Part shown: one piece after another, positions 9,086 to 18,976 of the stretch
Layout: each line of letters starts with the position of its first letter
How positions within the stretch are numbered: position 1 is the first letter of the stretch
IMG/VR virus record: IMGVR_UViG_3300028242_000098
Source: a virus
Length of the DNA stretch: 35,301 nt
Reading direction: 5' to 3' (one strand)
Notes under the pieces: model-generated
Seen by the model: only the letters and a program-made list of their open reading frames with translations
The model's database searches: none
What the model was told of the DNA's origin: nothing
Translations under genes and position numbers: made by a program

Positions 9086-9292
9086 TTATTGTTGCTGTTC
9101 TTTTTCATCCAGTTCGGCAAGTTCCTTTTTCAAATCATGTATTTTCATTTCTTTATAGTGTCTTTCAAACTTACCGGTTTCAATAAGAAAAGCTGATACT
9201 TCAAGAGCATCTCTATAGGTATAATTGGACTCTTGTATAATTTTCTTTTTTTCTTCATCCATATAGGATGAGGTATTATTAACATTGGCCAT
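9086..9292 (-). CDS. Ribbon-helix-helix-like protein, paralogue of 8697..8945
   Basis: NTSSYMDEEKKKIIQESNYTYRDALEVSAFLI aligns with the neighbour; own TATA promoter. Confidence 0.5.
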   Translation of the reverse strand: MANVNNTSSYMDEEKKKIIQESNYTYRDALEVSAFLIETGKFERHYKEMKIHDLKKELAELDEKEQQQ

Positions 9293-9435
9293 ATATATTA
9301 CAACCTATATAATAATTAATATAATATTATATTATTACATTTATATAAAGTTAATTATTTAACTCATACAATTATTATTTGGTTTTAAAAAAGATTTATT
9401 TAATGATAAAATAAAAAAAGAGTTAACATGGACTG

Positions 9436-10245
9436 TTAACTTGAATATAAATCTGTAAAAATCCAAGATGGATCATAAGCTATTATATTTCCGTCTTCAC
9501 ACCAGATTGTTCTGACATTGCCTGAAGTTGTGTCTGCAACTGCAGCAGGATCTCTGTTAATCCATTTTCCCCCAGTATGTTTTTTATGTCTTAATCTTAA
9601 TCTGATGTGGCCAGTTCCTGAGACCCTGCATCTGACATGGACAAACTGCACCTCATAACCTAATGATTTAGCTATTCTATAATACACTTGCCCCCAGTCC
9701 ACACAGTTGGAGCCTTTACCGGCTTTAGCATCTGTTATTGTTTTCTTGTCTGTTTTTTGTGAATCAAAGTATTTGCTGTATAATTTCTTTTTAGCTATTA
9801 CTGCTAAAGCTTCATCAATACTATTACCTTTGAAAGTATAAGTCTTTATAAATAACTTCATTGTTGAATCGTTATAGTCAGGTAATGTTGACTTGCGATA
9901 GACAATAGCAGGAAGCCTTCCGTTTGCTCTGATATAGCTTTCAGTTCTTATGGCCATGTCCACATATTCAGCCTTATCGATTTGTTCCTTGTTTTTTAAT
10001 GTTACATAGTTTGGAAGGAAATCCAATGACTTGTTATCTTTAATAGCTGCCATTGCATACATAGCCACCAGCTTATCGCTTCCTAATTTCTTTGCCTTCT
10101 TTTCTATGTCTTTACAATTACCTTTTAATGTTAATATCTGGTAATGGTCACGTTTCTTGTACTTCTTTTGGTTTTGGACAAGCCAGTAGGCTATCGAATT
10201 CATCGCTTGACAAAAGCTTGTCCAGCTAATATAATTATCTGACAT
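9436..10245 (-). CDS. pei: Pseudomurein endoisopeptidase (PeiW/PeiP/PeiR-like endolysin)
   Basis: Pseudomurein-binding repeat IDKAEYVDMAIRTESYIRANGRLPAIV; Cys-His-Asp triad SNCVDW / GHIRLRL / RDPAA. Confidence 0.88.
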   Translation of the reverse strand: MSDNYISWTSFCQAMNSIAYWLVQNQKKYKKRDHYQILTLKGNCKDIEKKAKKLGSDKLVAMYAMAAIKDNKSLDFLPNYVTLKNKEQIDKAEYVDMAIRTESYIRANGRLPAIVYRKSTLPDYNDSTMKLFIKTYTFKGNSIDEALAVIAKKKLYSKYFDSQKTDKKTITDAKAGKGSNCVDWGQVYYRIAKSLGYEVQFVHVRCRVSGTGHIRLRLRHKKHTGGKWINRDPAAVADTTSGNVRTIWCEDGNIIAYDPSWIFTDLYSS

Positions 10246-10468
10246 ACATTATAATTTGTATTATCTTATTTATTATGTTTTTTATATAAATTATATAATA
10301 AAAAATAATGTCATTTCCAAGTGTTAAAACAATCAATGTTTACGCAAAGATATCATCAATAAAATCAACAGTTAGTGTTTTAGATGCAATATGATGAATC
10401 GACATTGACATTAACGGTTGTGTTTGAGCAAATAAAAGTGGTTTTTAAAATGTTATGTATGAAATCAT

Positions 10469-10867
10469 TTAATAGTTGTCAATACTACGATTATGGATCC
10501 ACTCACGGTGCTTTCCGATAGCCACTCTGACAATAACATCGATTAAATCAAGATTATCAATTTGTTTGAAGTAATATTGTGCAGGCCCTTCCAACATTTG
10601 GCGAAGATCATAAAAAGGTCTAGGCTTAACTGCATCCGGATTCATCAATCCATAATTCTTTAATAGCTTAATATTCTCTGTTTCGTATTTTTCAAGTTTA
10701 GATTTCTGCACTTTACCAGCTACAGTCTTTTCTTTCTTGTCAAATATCTTAGCTATTTGGGAAGAGTCAATCAGGATACTGGATTCTACTAACAGTAATG
10801 TTATTTCTTTTCCTTTAACTGTTATTGTTGTTGGATGTGAGTTTTCAGAATCAAGAATTAGTTTCAT
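10469..10867 (-). CDS. Hypothetical protein, possibly DNA-binding (antirepressor-like)
   Basis: GAGG RBS; IDSSQIAKIFDKKEKTV helix-turn-helix-like segment. Confidence 0.45.
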   Translation of the reverse strand: MKLILDSENSHPTTITVKGKEITLLLVESSILIDSSQIAKIFDKKEKTVAGKVQKSKLEKYETENIKLLKNYGLMNPDAVKPRPFYDLRQMLEGPAQYYFKQIDNLDLIDVIVRVAIGKHREWIHNRSIDNY

Positions 10868-10910
10868 TGTTATTGCCTCATAATTATATTGTTTTTTCTG
10901 TTTAAAATAT

Positions 10911-11016
10911 ATAGCTGGGGGAAAGAGTAAAACCCAGCTATTTTTATGGATTCGGAGTTAAACTCTTTAGCAGAAGATGTTTTAGTGAAGAAAAAGCAAT
11001 TAAAACTTCACTAAAA
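10911..11016. terminator. Two hairpins downstream of the capsid genes
   Basis: 9-bp IR ATAGCTGGG/CCCAGCTAT (10911-10941) flanked by A/T tracts; 11-bp IR TTTTAGTGAAG/CTTCACTAAAA (10980-11016). Confidence 0.55.
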
Positions 11017-11101
11017 AGAGATTTATTATTCTTTAATCCCTACACGCTCCCTGACGAAAGGGTCCGATATATATTTAGGAGAAATTATGGAAGTTCGGTT
11101 T

Positions 11102-12028
11102 TTATGCCCTGAATTTACCAGTTATAATTCTGTTAGGTGCATTCATTAAAACACCAACGCTTGAAAGGATGAATAGCTTTGTATACATCGGCAGTTCATC
11201 CCGGATATCTTTTCTCATGAATTCAATCAACGGATAGAAGTCATACATCTCACCGTCGGGTCCTAAAGGTGCAACGGTTGTTCCTGTAGTTCTTGAGTAT
11301 AACAATTTCATTCCAGGGTTGATGTAGTCCATTCCAATGTAGGTTTTGTCACCCATTTCAGAACCACCATCACAGACAGCAGTTCCTAGAATATCAATGT
11401 TGTCCACACCATAATAGCTTTGAATATGTTCTACTGGTTCGACCTGTCTGTTGGAAGAGAACAAATCAGATTTCAATGTAGTTAATGATTTGTAGCTTAC
11501 TGCCATACTGTTTAAGTTGGTAAAGCTTCCTGCTGATTCCTTGAATTTTTCTTGAGCTTTCAATATGGTCATTCCAGTATCATCACCTGATTCAAAATCA
11601 TATTTGGCAACTTTGCTTGAATTGGTAATCATATCAATAGCTGCCTTTTCAATGCTTCTGCCGATAAGGATTCCCACATCCTGTAACATGTCATTAACGG
11701 AGATTAAATTGGAATCCAACATCTGTGCTGAAACATTCAGGACTCCACCAATGGTATCAATGGAAATGGTTTCACTGATTGGTTTTCTTACGTTTAATTC
11801 CTGAAGGGTTGCACCAGGAGCAATGTCTTTGGCTTCACCAAGAACTCCTGATTGAATAGCTTCCTCAATATTTACTCTTTGTGACATATAAGTGTAATAT
11901 TGGCTGTTTTCTTCAATCTCTTGTTTTGGAAGTAATCTGGTGAATTTCATCCATTTGGCTGAAGTGTCAGCAACAATCTGTGCCATTACTTCATTTTGTA
12001 CTTTAGCATCATTTCCTTTGGTTAACAT
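11102..12028 (-). CDS. Major capsid protein paralogue 2 (HK97-like fold)
   Basis: 308 aa; GATLQEL...TIGGVLNVSAQMLDS...MLQDVGILIGRSIE resembles the E-loop/spine-helix region; follows its paralogue and a decoration-like gene. Confidence 0.75.
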   Translation of the reverse strand: MLTKGNDAKVQNEVMAQIVADTSAKWMKFTRLLPKQEIEENSQYYTYMSQRVNIEEAIQSGVLGEAKDIAPGATLQELNVRKPISETISIDTIGGVLNVSAQMLDSNLISVNDMLQDVGILIGRSIEKAAIDMITNSSKVAKYDFESGDDTGMTILKAQEKFKESAGSFTNLNSMAVSYKSLTTLKSDLFSSNRQVEPVEHIQSYYGVDNIDILGTAVCDGGSEMGDKTYIGMDYINPGMKLLYSRTTGTTVAPLGPDGEMYDFYPLIEFMRKDIRDELPMYTKLFILSSVGVLMNAPNRIITGKFRA

Positions 12029-12042
12029 TAACTATTCCCTCC

Positions 12043-12981
12043 TTATGGTCTGCATGTACCTTTCAAAGCAAGTCCAGGTTTGTTTAACAATATTCCGACT
12101 TTACTTTGTATAAACAATTTTGTATATTGAGGTAACTCATCGTAAATGTCTTTTCTCATGATTTCAATGATTGGATAGAAGTCAGCTATGTTTTCATCAC
12201 TGGTGATTGGTGCAGTGGTAGTTCCGGAAGATTTGGAATATAATACAGTTAATGGAGCGTTTCTTAAATCGAATCCAATGTATTCTTTATCACCTACTAG
12301 TGATCCGCCGTCAGCTTGTGTAGTTCCCAGAAAATCGATATTGTCGATACCATAATAGCTTTGAATATCTTCAACCGGCTGTACTAACTTGTTGTTTTGG
12401 TAAGCAAGTTGTTTAACATATGATAATGTTTTGTATGACTCTGCCATGATGGTTAAATCTGCTCCTGCTCCAGCATTACCTTTAAATGCTTCTTGAGCAG
12501 CAATAACAAATTGACCAAACGCTTCCATGGTATCTTCAGTTTGAGTCGTATTGTACTCAGGAACTTGATTGGAATTCATTAAAGTATCATAGATGTTGAA
12601 TTCAATACGATTGGCTATAACAGTAGCTACATCACCCAACAAGTCTTCAAATGAAACAATATCAGAATCAAATACATCTTTATTAACATTCAAGACTCCA
12701 CCAACAGTATCTATACTGATAGTGTCAGTGATTGGTTTTCTAATGTTTAATTCTTGAAGTGAAGCTCCTGGAGCAATGTCTTTAGCTTCTCCAAGTAAAC
12801 CTTTGTTAATGGCTTCATCAAGATTAATGTTTTGTCTGAAGTAAGTATAGTAATCTGAATTTTCTTTGATTTCTTGTTTAGGAAACAATCTGGCTAATTT
12901 TAATCTTTTTGCAGTTTCATCAGTAATAGTTTGAGCTATTACTTCATTTTGGACTTTAGTATCATTTCCTTTAGTAATCAT
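12043..12981 (-). CDS. Major capsid protein paralogue 1 (HK97-like fold)
   Basis: 312 aa; same motifs; 70/100 identical to paralogue 2 over the first 100 aa (hand count). Confidence 0.75.
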   Translation of the reverse strand: MITKGNDTKVQNEVIAQTITDETAKRLKLARLFPKQEIKENSDYYTYFRQNINLDEAINKGLLGEAKDIAPGASLQELNIRKPITDTISIDTVGGVLNVNKDVFDSDIVSFEDLLGDVATVIANRIEFNIYDTLMNSNQVPEYNTTQTEDTMEAFGQFVIAAQEAFKGNAGAGADLTIMAESYKTLSYVKQLAYQNNKLVQPVEDIQSYYGIDNIDFLGTTQADGGSLVGDKEYIGFDLRNAPLTVLYSKSSGTTTAPITSDENIADFYPIIEIMRKDIYDELPQYTKLFIQSKVGILLNKPGLALKGTCRP

Positions 12982-12995
12982 TTCTTTATCACCAT

Positions 12996-13496
12996 CTATT
13001 CGGTTATATCGTAAGGTCTGAATACTTCAATGTAATTGTAACTGTCAGAGCTTTCTACTGGGTGCATTGCAATGTATTCGCCATCATCAGACTTAATAGC
13101 CCCAGTACTTGTTAATGCAATTCTGTCATTAACGTTAATGTTTGACAAACCACTGGCTAGCTTTAATCTGAACAAATGTCCAAGAACCAGAATTGCGGTT
13201 TTTCTTCTGCCTCCAGTCATGGTGACCGGATCGTTAACTGCAATGCCCAAGATGATTTCTGAGTTTTCATCAGTGTATTTTTTAACGGTTGGTTTTCCGA
13301 TATTTGAGTTTTCGGATAATGTTACGGCATCATCAACTTTAACTTTGACTCCAGAATACTCATAACCTGGAGTTTCACCGGTTGGAGTGGTGACAGTAGT
13401 TTCAGTGATGGTGCCTTCATCTAACAGGAAGGTTGTGACTTCTTTTCTCTCTTCAAGTAAAATAATTGAATCTGCCATTTTGGATATGTCCTCCAC
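12996..13496 (-). CDS. Probable capsid decoration/cement protein (paralogue A)
   Basis: Small beta-rich protein directly upstream of the MCP genes, a typical decoration position; shares LLDEG...VLG..FRLKL...DRI with two other ORFs. Confidence 0.6.
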   Translation of the reverse strand: MEDISKMADSIILLEERKEVTTFLLDEGTITETTVTTPTGETPGYEYSGVKVKVDDAVTLSENSNIGKPTVKKYTDENSEIILGIAVNDPVTMTGGRRKTAILVLGHLFRLKLASGLSNINVNDRIALTSTGAIKSDDGEYIAMHPVESSDSYNYIEVFRPYDITE

Positions 13497-13617
13497 TTAA
13501 ATTCTTTATTATGTAATTTATTATATAATTTATTATTTATTATATATAAAGATTTATATATTAGGACTACTTTTTTAATGGAAAATACTATAACCTAAAA
13601 GAGAAAATTAATAATAT

Positions 13618-13899
13618 ATGATACATAAAAACAATGAAGAATGTCTTAATGACATGTACCGGTTAGGAGTAGTGCAGGGAGAGCACAACATAAACTGGAC
13701 CGATGAATATAATCTACTGGAACATTCTAAAAACTATTACAATAAAATAAAAACTATTGCAGACAAATATGGCATAGAATGCAATAGGACACTTGAGGAT
13801 TACCGTGAAGACGAAGATGATGAAGAATATTTTCTATGGGATCGATGGGCATTCGATTTACATGAGATGACAAAAGAGCAGATAAAAAATAGATTATGA
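13618..13899 (+). CDS. Acidic hypothetical protein (moron, opposite strand)
   Basis: 93-aa ORF divergent from the decoration gene across an AT-rich promoter. Confidence 0.55.
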   Translation: MIHKNNEECLNDMYRLGVVQGEHNINWTDEYNLLEHSKNYYNKIKTIADKYGIECNRTLEDYREDEDDEEYFLWDRWAFDLHEMTKEQIKNRL

Positions 13900-13946
13900 A
13901 AGGACAAGATTTAAGTTAATAATTAAAATAATAAGGGAGTTATAAT

Positions 13947-14087
13947 CTAGAACAATACAATCCTCTGATTTCTTATTTCTTTTGCAAACTCTTTATCTTC
14001 CTGAGTAGGTGGTTCTTGCATTTCTTTTAAAACAGCAATTGCATCTTCACCTTCAAAAACAGGAGTTGTCCCGATTGGTCTTGCCAT
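13947..14087 (-). CDS. 46-aa protein MARPIGTTPVFEGEDAIAVLKEMQEPP..., homologue of the GNAT-associated small protein at 26300..26449
   Basis: AGAGGTG RBS; shares MA....TP...G.DA.......P.T..+ pattern; missed by the ORF track. Confidence 0.7.
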   Translation of the reverse strand: MARPIGTTPVFEGEDAIAVLKEMQEPPTQEDKEFAKEIRNQRIVLF

Positions 14088-14106
14088 AAAAAACACCTCT
14101 TTAGAT

Positions 14107-14442
14107 TTATATTAGTGGCAATAGGCTTTCTTTTAGTTCCGGAAGCTCTTCTGTGATGGTGTGCCATAACACTTCAAATTCAAAATGTTCATATTGGTGA
14201 GCCGCAAAGTTCCTCATTCCTTTGATTTGCTTCCATGGGATATTGTCATGTTTTTCTTTAAACTCATCGGACAATCTTGAAACGTATTCTCCAATTTGAA
14301 CAATGCACATGCTTGTGGATAACTGAAAAGATTGTGATGTTTGAAAGAGAAGATAATCTCGTTCATATTCATCCAACAGATTATCTGCAATGTCACAGTA
14401 TTCAATAATTTTTTTAACATATTGAATATCATTATTTTTCAT
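14107..14442 (-). CDS. hepT: HepT-like (DUF86) HEPN ribonuclease toxin
   Basis: IPWKQIKGMRNFAAHQY: Rx4H catalytic motif followed by Tyr; paired with MNT. Confidence 0.9.
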   Translation of the reverse strand: MKNNDIQYVKKIIEYCDIADNLLDEYERDYLLFQTSQSFQLSTSMCIVQIGEYVSRLSDEFKEKHDNIPWKQIKGMRNFAAHQYEHFEFEVLWHTITEELPELKESLLPLI

Positions 14443-14725
14443 AGATAAGAACTCCGTCTTTTTTAATTATTGCCAAAAAGTTTTTATCTTCAATTCCTGT
14501 TGATACAACATCAACATGACAATTGAAAATTTCCTCCAGGTCTTGGACAAATCCAATATAGTCCAATAAACCTTTTATATCTCCACGATCAATGAAAAAA
14601 TCCAAATCACTATCCTCATTAGCTTCGCCACGAGCATATGATCCAAACAGACTCATGCTGTCAACACCATACTCCTGTGCGATTGGAATAGCCTTTTGCT
14701 TAATTTCTTCAATAGTGTAAATCAT
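14432..14725 (-). CDS. mntA: MntA-like minimal nucleotidyltransferase antitoxin
   Basis: LFGSYARGEANEDSDLDF (GSx10DxD); overlaps hepT. Confidence 0.92.
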   Translation of the reverse strand: MIYTIEEIKQKAIPIAQEYGVDSMSLFGSYARGEANEDSDLDFFIDRGDIKGLLDYIGFVQDLEEIFNCHVDVVSTGIEDKNFLAIIKKDGVLIYEK

Positions 14726-14788
14726 GAAAAATCACCTTTCAATAATAATTATTATCACATTCATATATAATAAATTATTTGAAATACA

Positions 14789-15724
14789 TTAGCTTCTCAC
14801 AAAATAAATTGTATCCTCATCATAGCTACCTAACGCATCATATGCTGCCTGAGTCATAAATCTAAACTTACCAAAGACACCATATTCAACACCCATATAA
14901 ACTGGCCCTGTTGATTTTGCCAAATACATCTGTATACTTCCAGAATGCTTTAAAGGTATCACTGAATACTGGTCAAGTGTTTCAGTATCCCATGAACTGC
15001 CGTTATACTCTTTAATGGCCATGACAGAACTGGTTACAATAGCTACACGATAACCTTTACTGACACCTGTCGGCAATGTTGTTGTGGTTTGTATTTTATC
15101 AACTGGTAACTTCCATCCGGCCTCCTCATCACTGCCCTGACCTGTTGCACCAGTATCGCCTTTGTCTCCTTTATCACCTTTACTTCCGGTTGCTCCAGTT
15201 GCACCTGTAGCTCCAGTATCTCCTTTTTCTCCTTTTATGTTTCCTACGTTTTCCCAAGCAGCTCCATTCCAGACATAAAGAGATCCGTTTACTAAATAGC
15301 TATCTCCATCATTACCAGTTGGATGTTCAGCTATTAATTCCTCATAAGTATTATACGAACCTTTAATAGTGATGCCAGTGCCAGTAGCTCCAGTGTCCCC
15401 CTTTGCCCCGGCCGGTCCAGTATCGCCAGTAGCTCCTGTATCTCCAGTATCTCCTTTAGGTCCTTGTTGTCCTTTCTCACCTGTTGCTCCAGTATCACCT
15501 TTTACAGAGCCTGCATTTGCCCAGCCGTTTTCGTTCCAGTAGTAATAGCTGCCATCTACTATATATGCATCACCTAAACTACCTGAAGGGTGAACTGCAA
15601 TGAACTCTGAGTAATTATCATAATGTCCTTTTATTACAGTTCCAATTCCAATGTCTCCAGTATCTCCTTTAGGTCCTGTATCTCCTCTCACAGGTCCGAT
15701 TTCTATCCATTCTTTTTCAGCCAT
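14789..15724 (-). CDS. Collagen-like fibre protein with two intact globular modules
   Basis: Gly-X-Y (GDT/GAT/GEK) runs; two KGxY...HPxGxxGDxYxVxGxxYxW....WxNxGxxKG modules; C-terminal TQAAYDALGSYDEDTIYFV. Confidence 0.85.
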   Translation of the reverse strand: MAEKEWIEIGPVRGDTGPKGDTGDIGIGTVIKGHYDNYSEFIAVHPSGSLGDAYIVDGSYYYWNENGWANAGSVKGDTGATGEKGQQGPKGDTGDTGATGDTGPAGAKGDTGATGTGITIKGSYNTYEELIAEHPTGNDGDSYLVNGSLYVWNGAAWENVGNIKGEKGDTGATGATGATGSKGDKGDKGDTGATGQGSDEEAGWKLPVDKIQTTTTLPTGVSKGYRVAIVTSSVMAIKEYNGSSWDTETLDQYSVIPLKHSGSIQMYLAKSTGPVYMGVEYGVFGKFRFMTQAAYDALGSYDEDTIYFVRS

Positions 15725-15725
15725 C

Positions 15726-16808
15726 TTAATCCTTGCTCCATGGTTCTATAACTGTTTCTCTGAATCTTATTTTTCCACCGTAATCATAAATCATGAATGC
15801 TGGAAATACTGTGTCCATATTAGCTATTGCATCTGGAAGTGAGGATGTTTCATAGCTATAATATGTTGTTGTTCCCCAGTAATCTGTGATTGTAGCTTTA
15901 ACATATGCTCCATCATACCATAAATTAAATTTATAGGCACCATTAATGCTTAACTGTCCGGTTGTTGTATTTATCGTATTTATTGTATGATCGGTTCCTG
16001 AATATTGCAATCCCTTTTTACCGGGATATGCTCCAAGTTCCAGTATCTTGTTGTCACGGTAGTGTGTTAATGTTTTTGAATTCAGAAGGCAAATTCCTGA
16101 AGCCCAACCGCTTGATGATGAATACATTGGACTTACAAAAGATGAGAAGTGAATTCCCTTTTCAGATAAATCCACACCTTCAATTAAACTGGTTGGTATC
16201 AAATAAGCGGCCTGTGCTGCACCGTAGGTTTTTGAAATTTCAATCGCATTAACATAATCATAAGAACTGTTGAATTCAGCCACTTCACTAACGGTAATGT
16301 CTGCAGAACTTGGGTATTTAACTAGAGTATATGAATCAGAACTCACAGTATATTCGTCTTTATATCTGAATGCCAATACTTCCTTTTCAAAATGCACTCC
16401 TACATAATCATTAACTAATGCTTTGATTGATAATGTATCTCCAGCATTTTCAGGAACATATGAACACCGAGCAGTGCCGTTATCGAATAATGATTTGATA
16501 TGGATTTTCTCTTCACCGTTGATGCTTATGATAAAATCCGCAACCGCACCATCAGGCAATTCTGCATCATCATCACAATCCTTGTAAACACTAACATTAA
16601 CTGGTTGGCCGACTGCAGCCGCCTCAGTGTATGAGCCTCCAGGTGCTCCATTAGTTGGATGAACTAAAAACCATACTCTTCGTGCTAATGTGAAAACATC
16701 ATCATCGCTATAATAGACTATTCCGTGCTCTGTTAATAATTCCCTCAATGCATTCCTTACGGCTGTTAATTTTGTATTTGTATTGATTACATCACTTGCA
16801 ATTGACAA
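15726..16808 (-). CDS. Putative receptor-binding/fibre-tip protein
   Basis: TTG start with GGGTGA RBS; helical N-terminus MSIASDV...LTAVRNALRELL; Ig-like middle and beta-sandwich/lectin-like C-terminal half. Confidence 0.5.
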   Translation of the reverse strand: MSIASDVINTNTKLTAVRNALRELLTEHGIVYYSDDDVFTLARRVWFLVHPTNGAPGGSYTEAAAVGQPVNVSVYKDCDDDAELPDGAVADFIISINGEEKIHIKSLFDNGTARCSYVPENAGDTLSIKALVNDYVGVHFEKEVLAFRYKDEYTVSSDSYTLVKYPSSADITVSEVAEFNSSYDYVNAIEISKTYGAAQAAYLIPTSLIEGVDLSEKGIHFSSFVSPMYSSSSGWASGICLLNSKTLTHYRDNKILELGAYPGKKGLQYSGTDHTINTINTTTGQLSINGAYKFNLWYDGAYVKATITDYWGTTTYYSYETSSLPDAIANMDTVFPAFMIYDYGGKIRFRETVIEPWSKD

Positions 16809-16823
16809 TTTTAATCACCCCTA

Positions 16824-17666
16824 TTATAATATGTTTAATCTGCATGGTGAGGCCAACTCCAGTCTAGGAACATATGCATTTCTTCCAAGGCCTGTTCCAT
16901 GGCTTACATAACTCATCTTCAAATCTGCACTGGAATATCCGGATGGTAAATCTGATATGTTAATCCAATCATTCCATAGGAATTCCTTATCCTTAAACCA
17001 GTATACTGCCAAATAATCCTCATCATGTATCATGTGTAATCTGAATTTTTGGTTTGTGGAATCATATGTTCCATAATCCATTTTTGTTATTGTTGGTGTT
17101 GTACTGTTATTGAATATTGCATATGCCGGATGATATGTTCCTGAATCTAATGTAATTCCAATATAAAAACCTGAGAATGGAGAATTTGCTGTTGGAGTAC
17201 CATAGCTAAAACCTACGCCTGAAAAAGCATTATTGTTAAAGTTAGCCATTGCTCTTCCATATACTACCAAATCAAAACTATCTGTTGGATTGATTGTGCC
17301 TGTGTTGAATAATCCCCATGCTGTTGCATTTGAACTCTTTGCTAAAGATTGAAGATACCAGTAATCGTTATCTTCATAGGTTGTTGGATTGTATCTGTTC
17401 CATGAATATACATCACATCCGGTTACTGCAACACGATCTCCCAATTGGCCAGAATCATATGTTGAACTTCTCTCAATCTTCCAGACTGGAGGATTGCTTA
17501 TCATACTTATTAACTTTAAAATTGAATCATTGCTGGAATGGCTTGTGCTTAAATCATCCAGTTGATTTTCAAGTAAAGTTTTTAAACTTGTTAATCTGGT
17601 GTTCAGTTCCTGCTCATTAGATAGAATATCGGAAAGGTCTGGAGCTGTATATGACATATTAATCAA
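16824..17666 (-). CDS. Putative receptor-binding/fibre-tip protein
   Basis: ATGA-coupled to the short collagen gene; helical N-terminus similar to its neighbour (LNTRLTSLKTLL...SILKLI); aromatic beta-rich lectin-like body. Confidence 0.5.
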   Translation of the reverse strand: MINMSYTAPDLSDILSNEQELNTRLTSLKTLLENQLDDLSTSHSSNDSILKLISMISNPPVWKIERSSTYDSGQLGDRVAVTGCDVYSWNRYNPTTYEDNDYWYLQSLAKSSNATAWGLFNTGTINPTDSFDLVVYGRAMANFNNNAFSGVGFSYGTPTANSPFSGFYIGITLDSGTYHPAYAIFNNSTTPTITKMDYGTYDSTNQKFRLHMIHDEDYLAVYWFKDKEFLWNDWINISDLPSGYSSADLKMSYVSHGTGLGRNAYVPRLELASPCRLNIL

Positions 17667-17986
17667 CTCCCAAGTAATGTCAGGTTGCTTTGCTGAGCAG
17701 AGGTAATGTTTCCAATAGCTGTTTGGATGCTTTCGATTTCTGTAGCTATTGCACTGTTGGTTACTGCATTTGTAGTGTCTGAAGTATCCAATGTTGAAGT
17801 CATATTAACCGGACCTGCAGGACCAGTTGCACCAGTATCTCCTTTGAGTTCGCTGAGATAAATTATCGCCTCTGTATCTTCACCAACGAAAATTATTTGG
17901 CCATGGGATGTGTCCTTATATACATTGACACTACGGCCGCTTGCACCAGTTTCGCCTTTAAGGTTTCCTACATTTATCCATGCCAT
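17663..17986 (-). CDS. Short collagen-like adaptor protein
   Basis: N-terminal MAWINVGNLKG; two short Gly-X-Y runs; C-terminal amphipathic helix VTNSAIATEIESIQTAIGNI. Confidence 0.75.
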   Translation of the reverse strand: MAWINVGNLKGETGASGRSVNVYKDTSHGQIIFVGEDTEAIIYLSELKGDTGATGPAGPVNMTSTLDTSDTTNAVTNSAIATEIESIQTAIGNITSAQQSNLTLLGS

Positions 17987-18014
17987 ATTTTTATCACCTT
18001 TATTATTTGTTTAT

Positions 18015-18055
18015 AAAAAAAGGAAGCGCTAACTATTAAGCCAGCACTTCCTTTT
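18015..18055 (-). terminator. Intrinsic-terminator-like hairpin with U tract
   Basis: AGGAAGTGCTG...TAGCGCTTCCT(T)n on -, with G-U pairs only on that strand. Confidence 0.7.
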
Positions 18056-18073
18056 GAGGGATTTTAATGGATT

Positions 18074-18946
<873 letters not shown>

Positions 18947-18976
18947 ATATAAACACCTCTATTTATTTATTTTAAA

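Noticed and set aside
11047-11100. Hammerhead ribozyme (CTGACGA core)
   Set aside because: No stem II closed by C-GAAA and no stem III/NUH site could be built; only a 4-bp hairpin.
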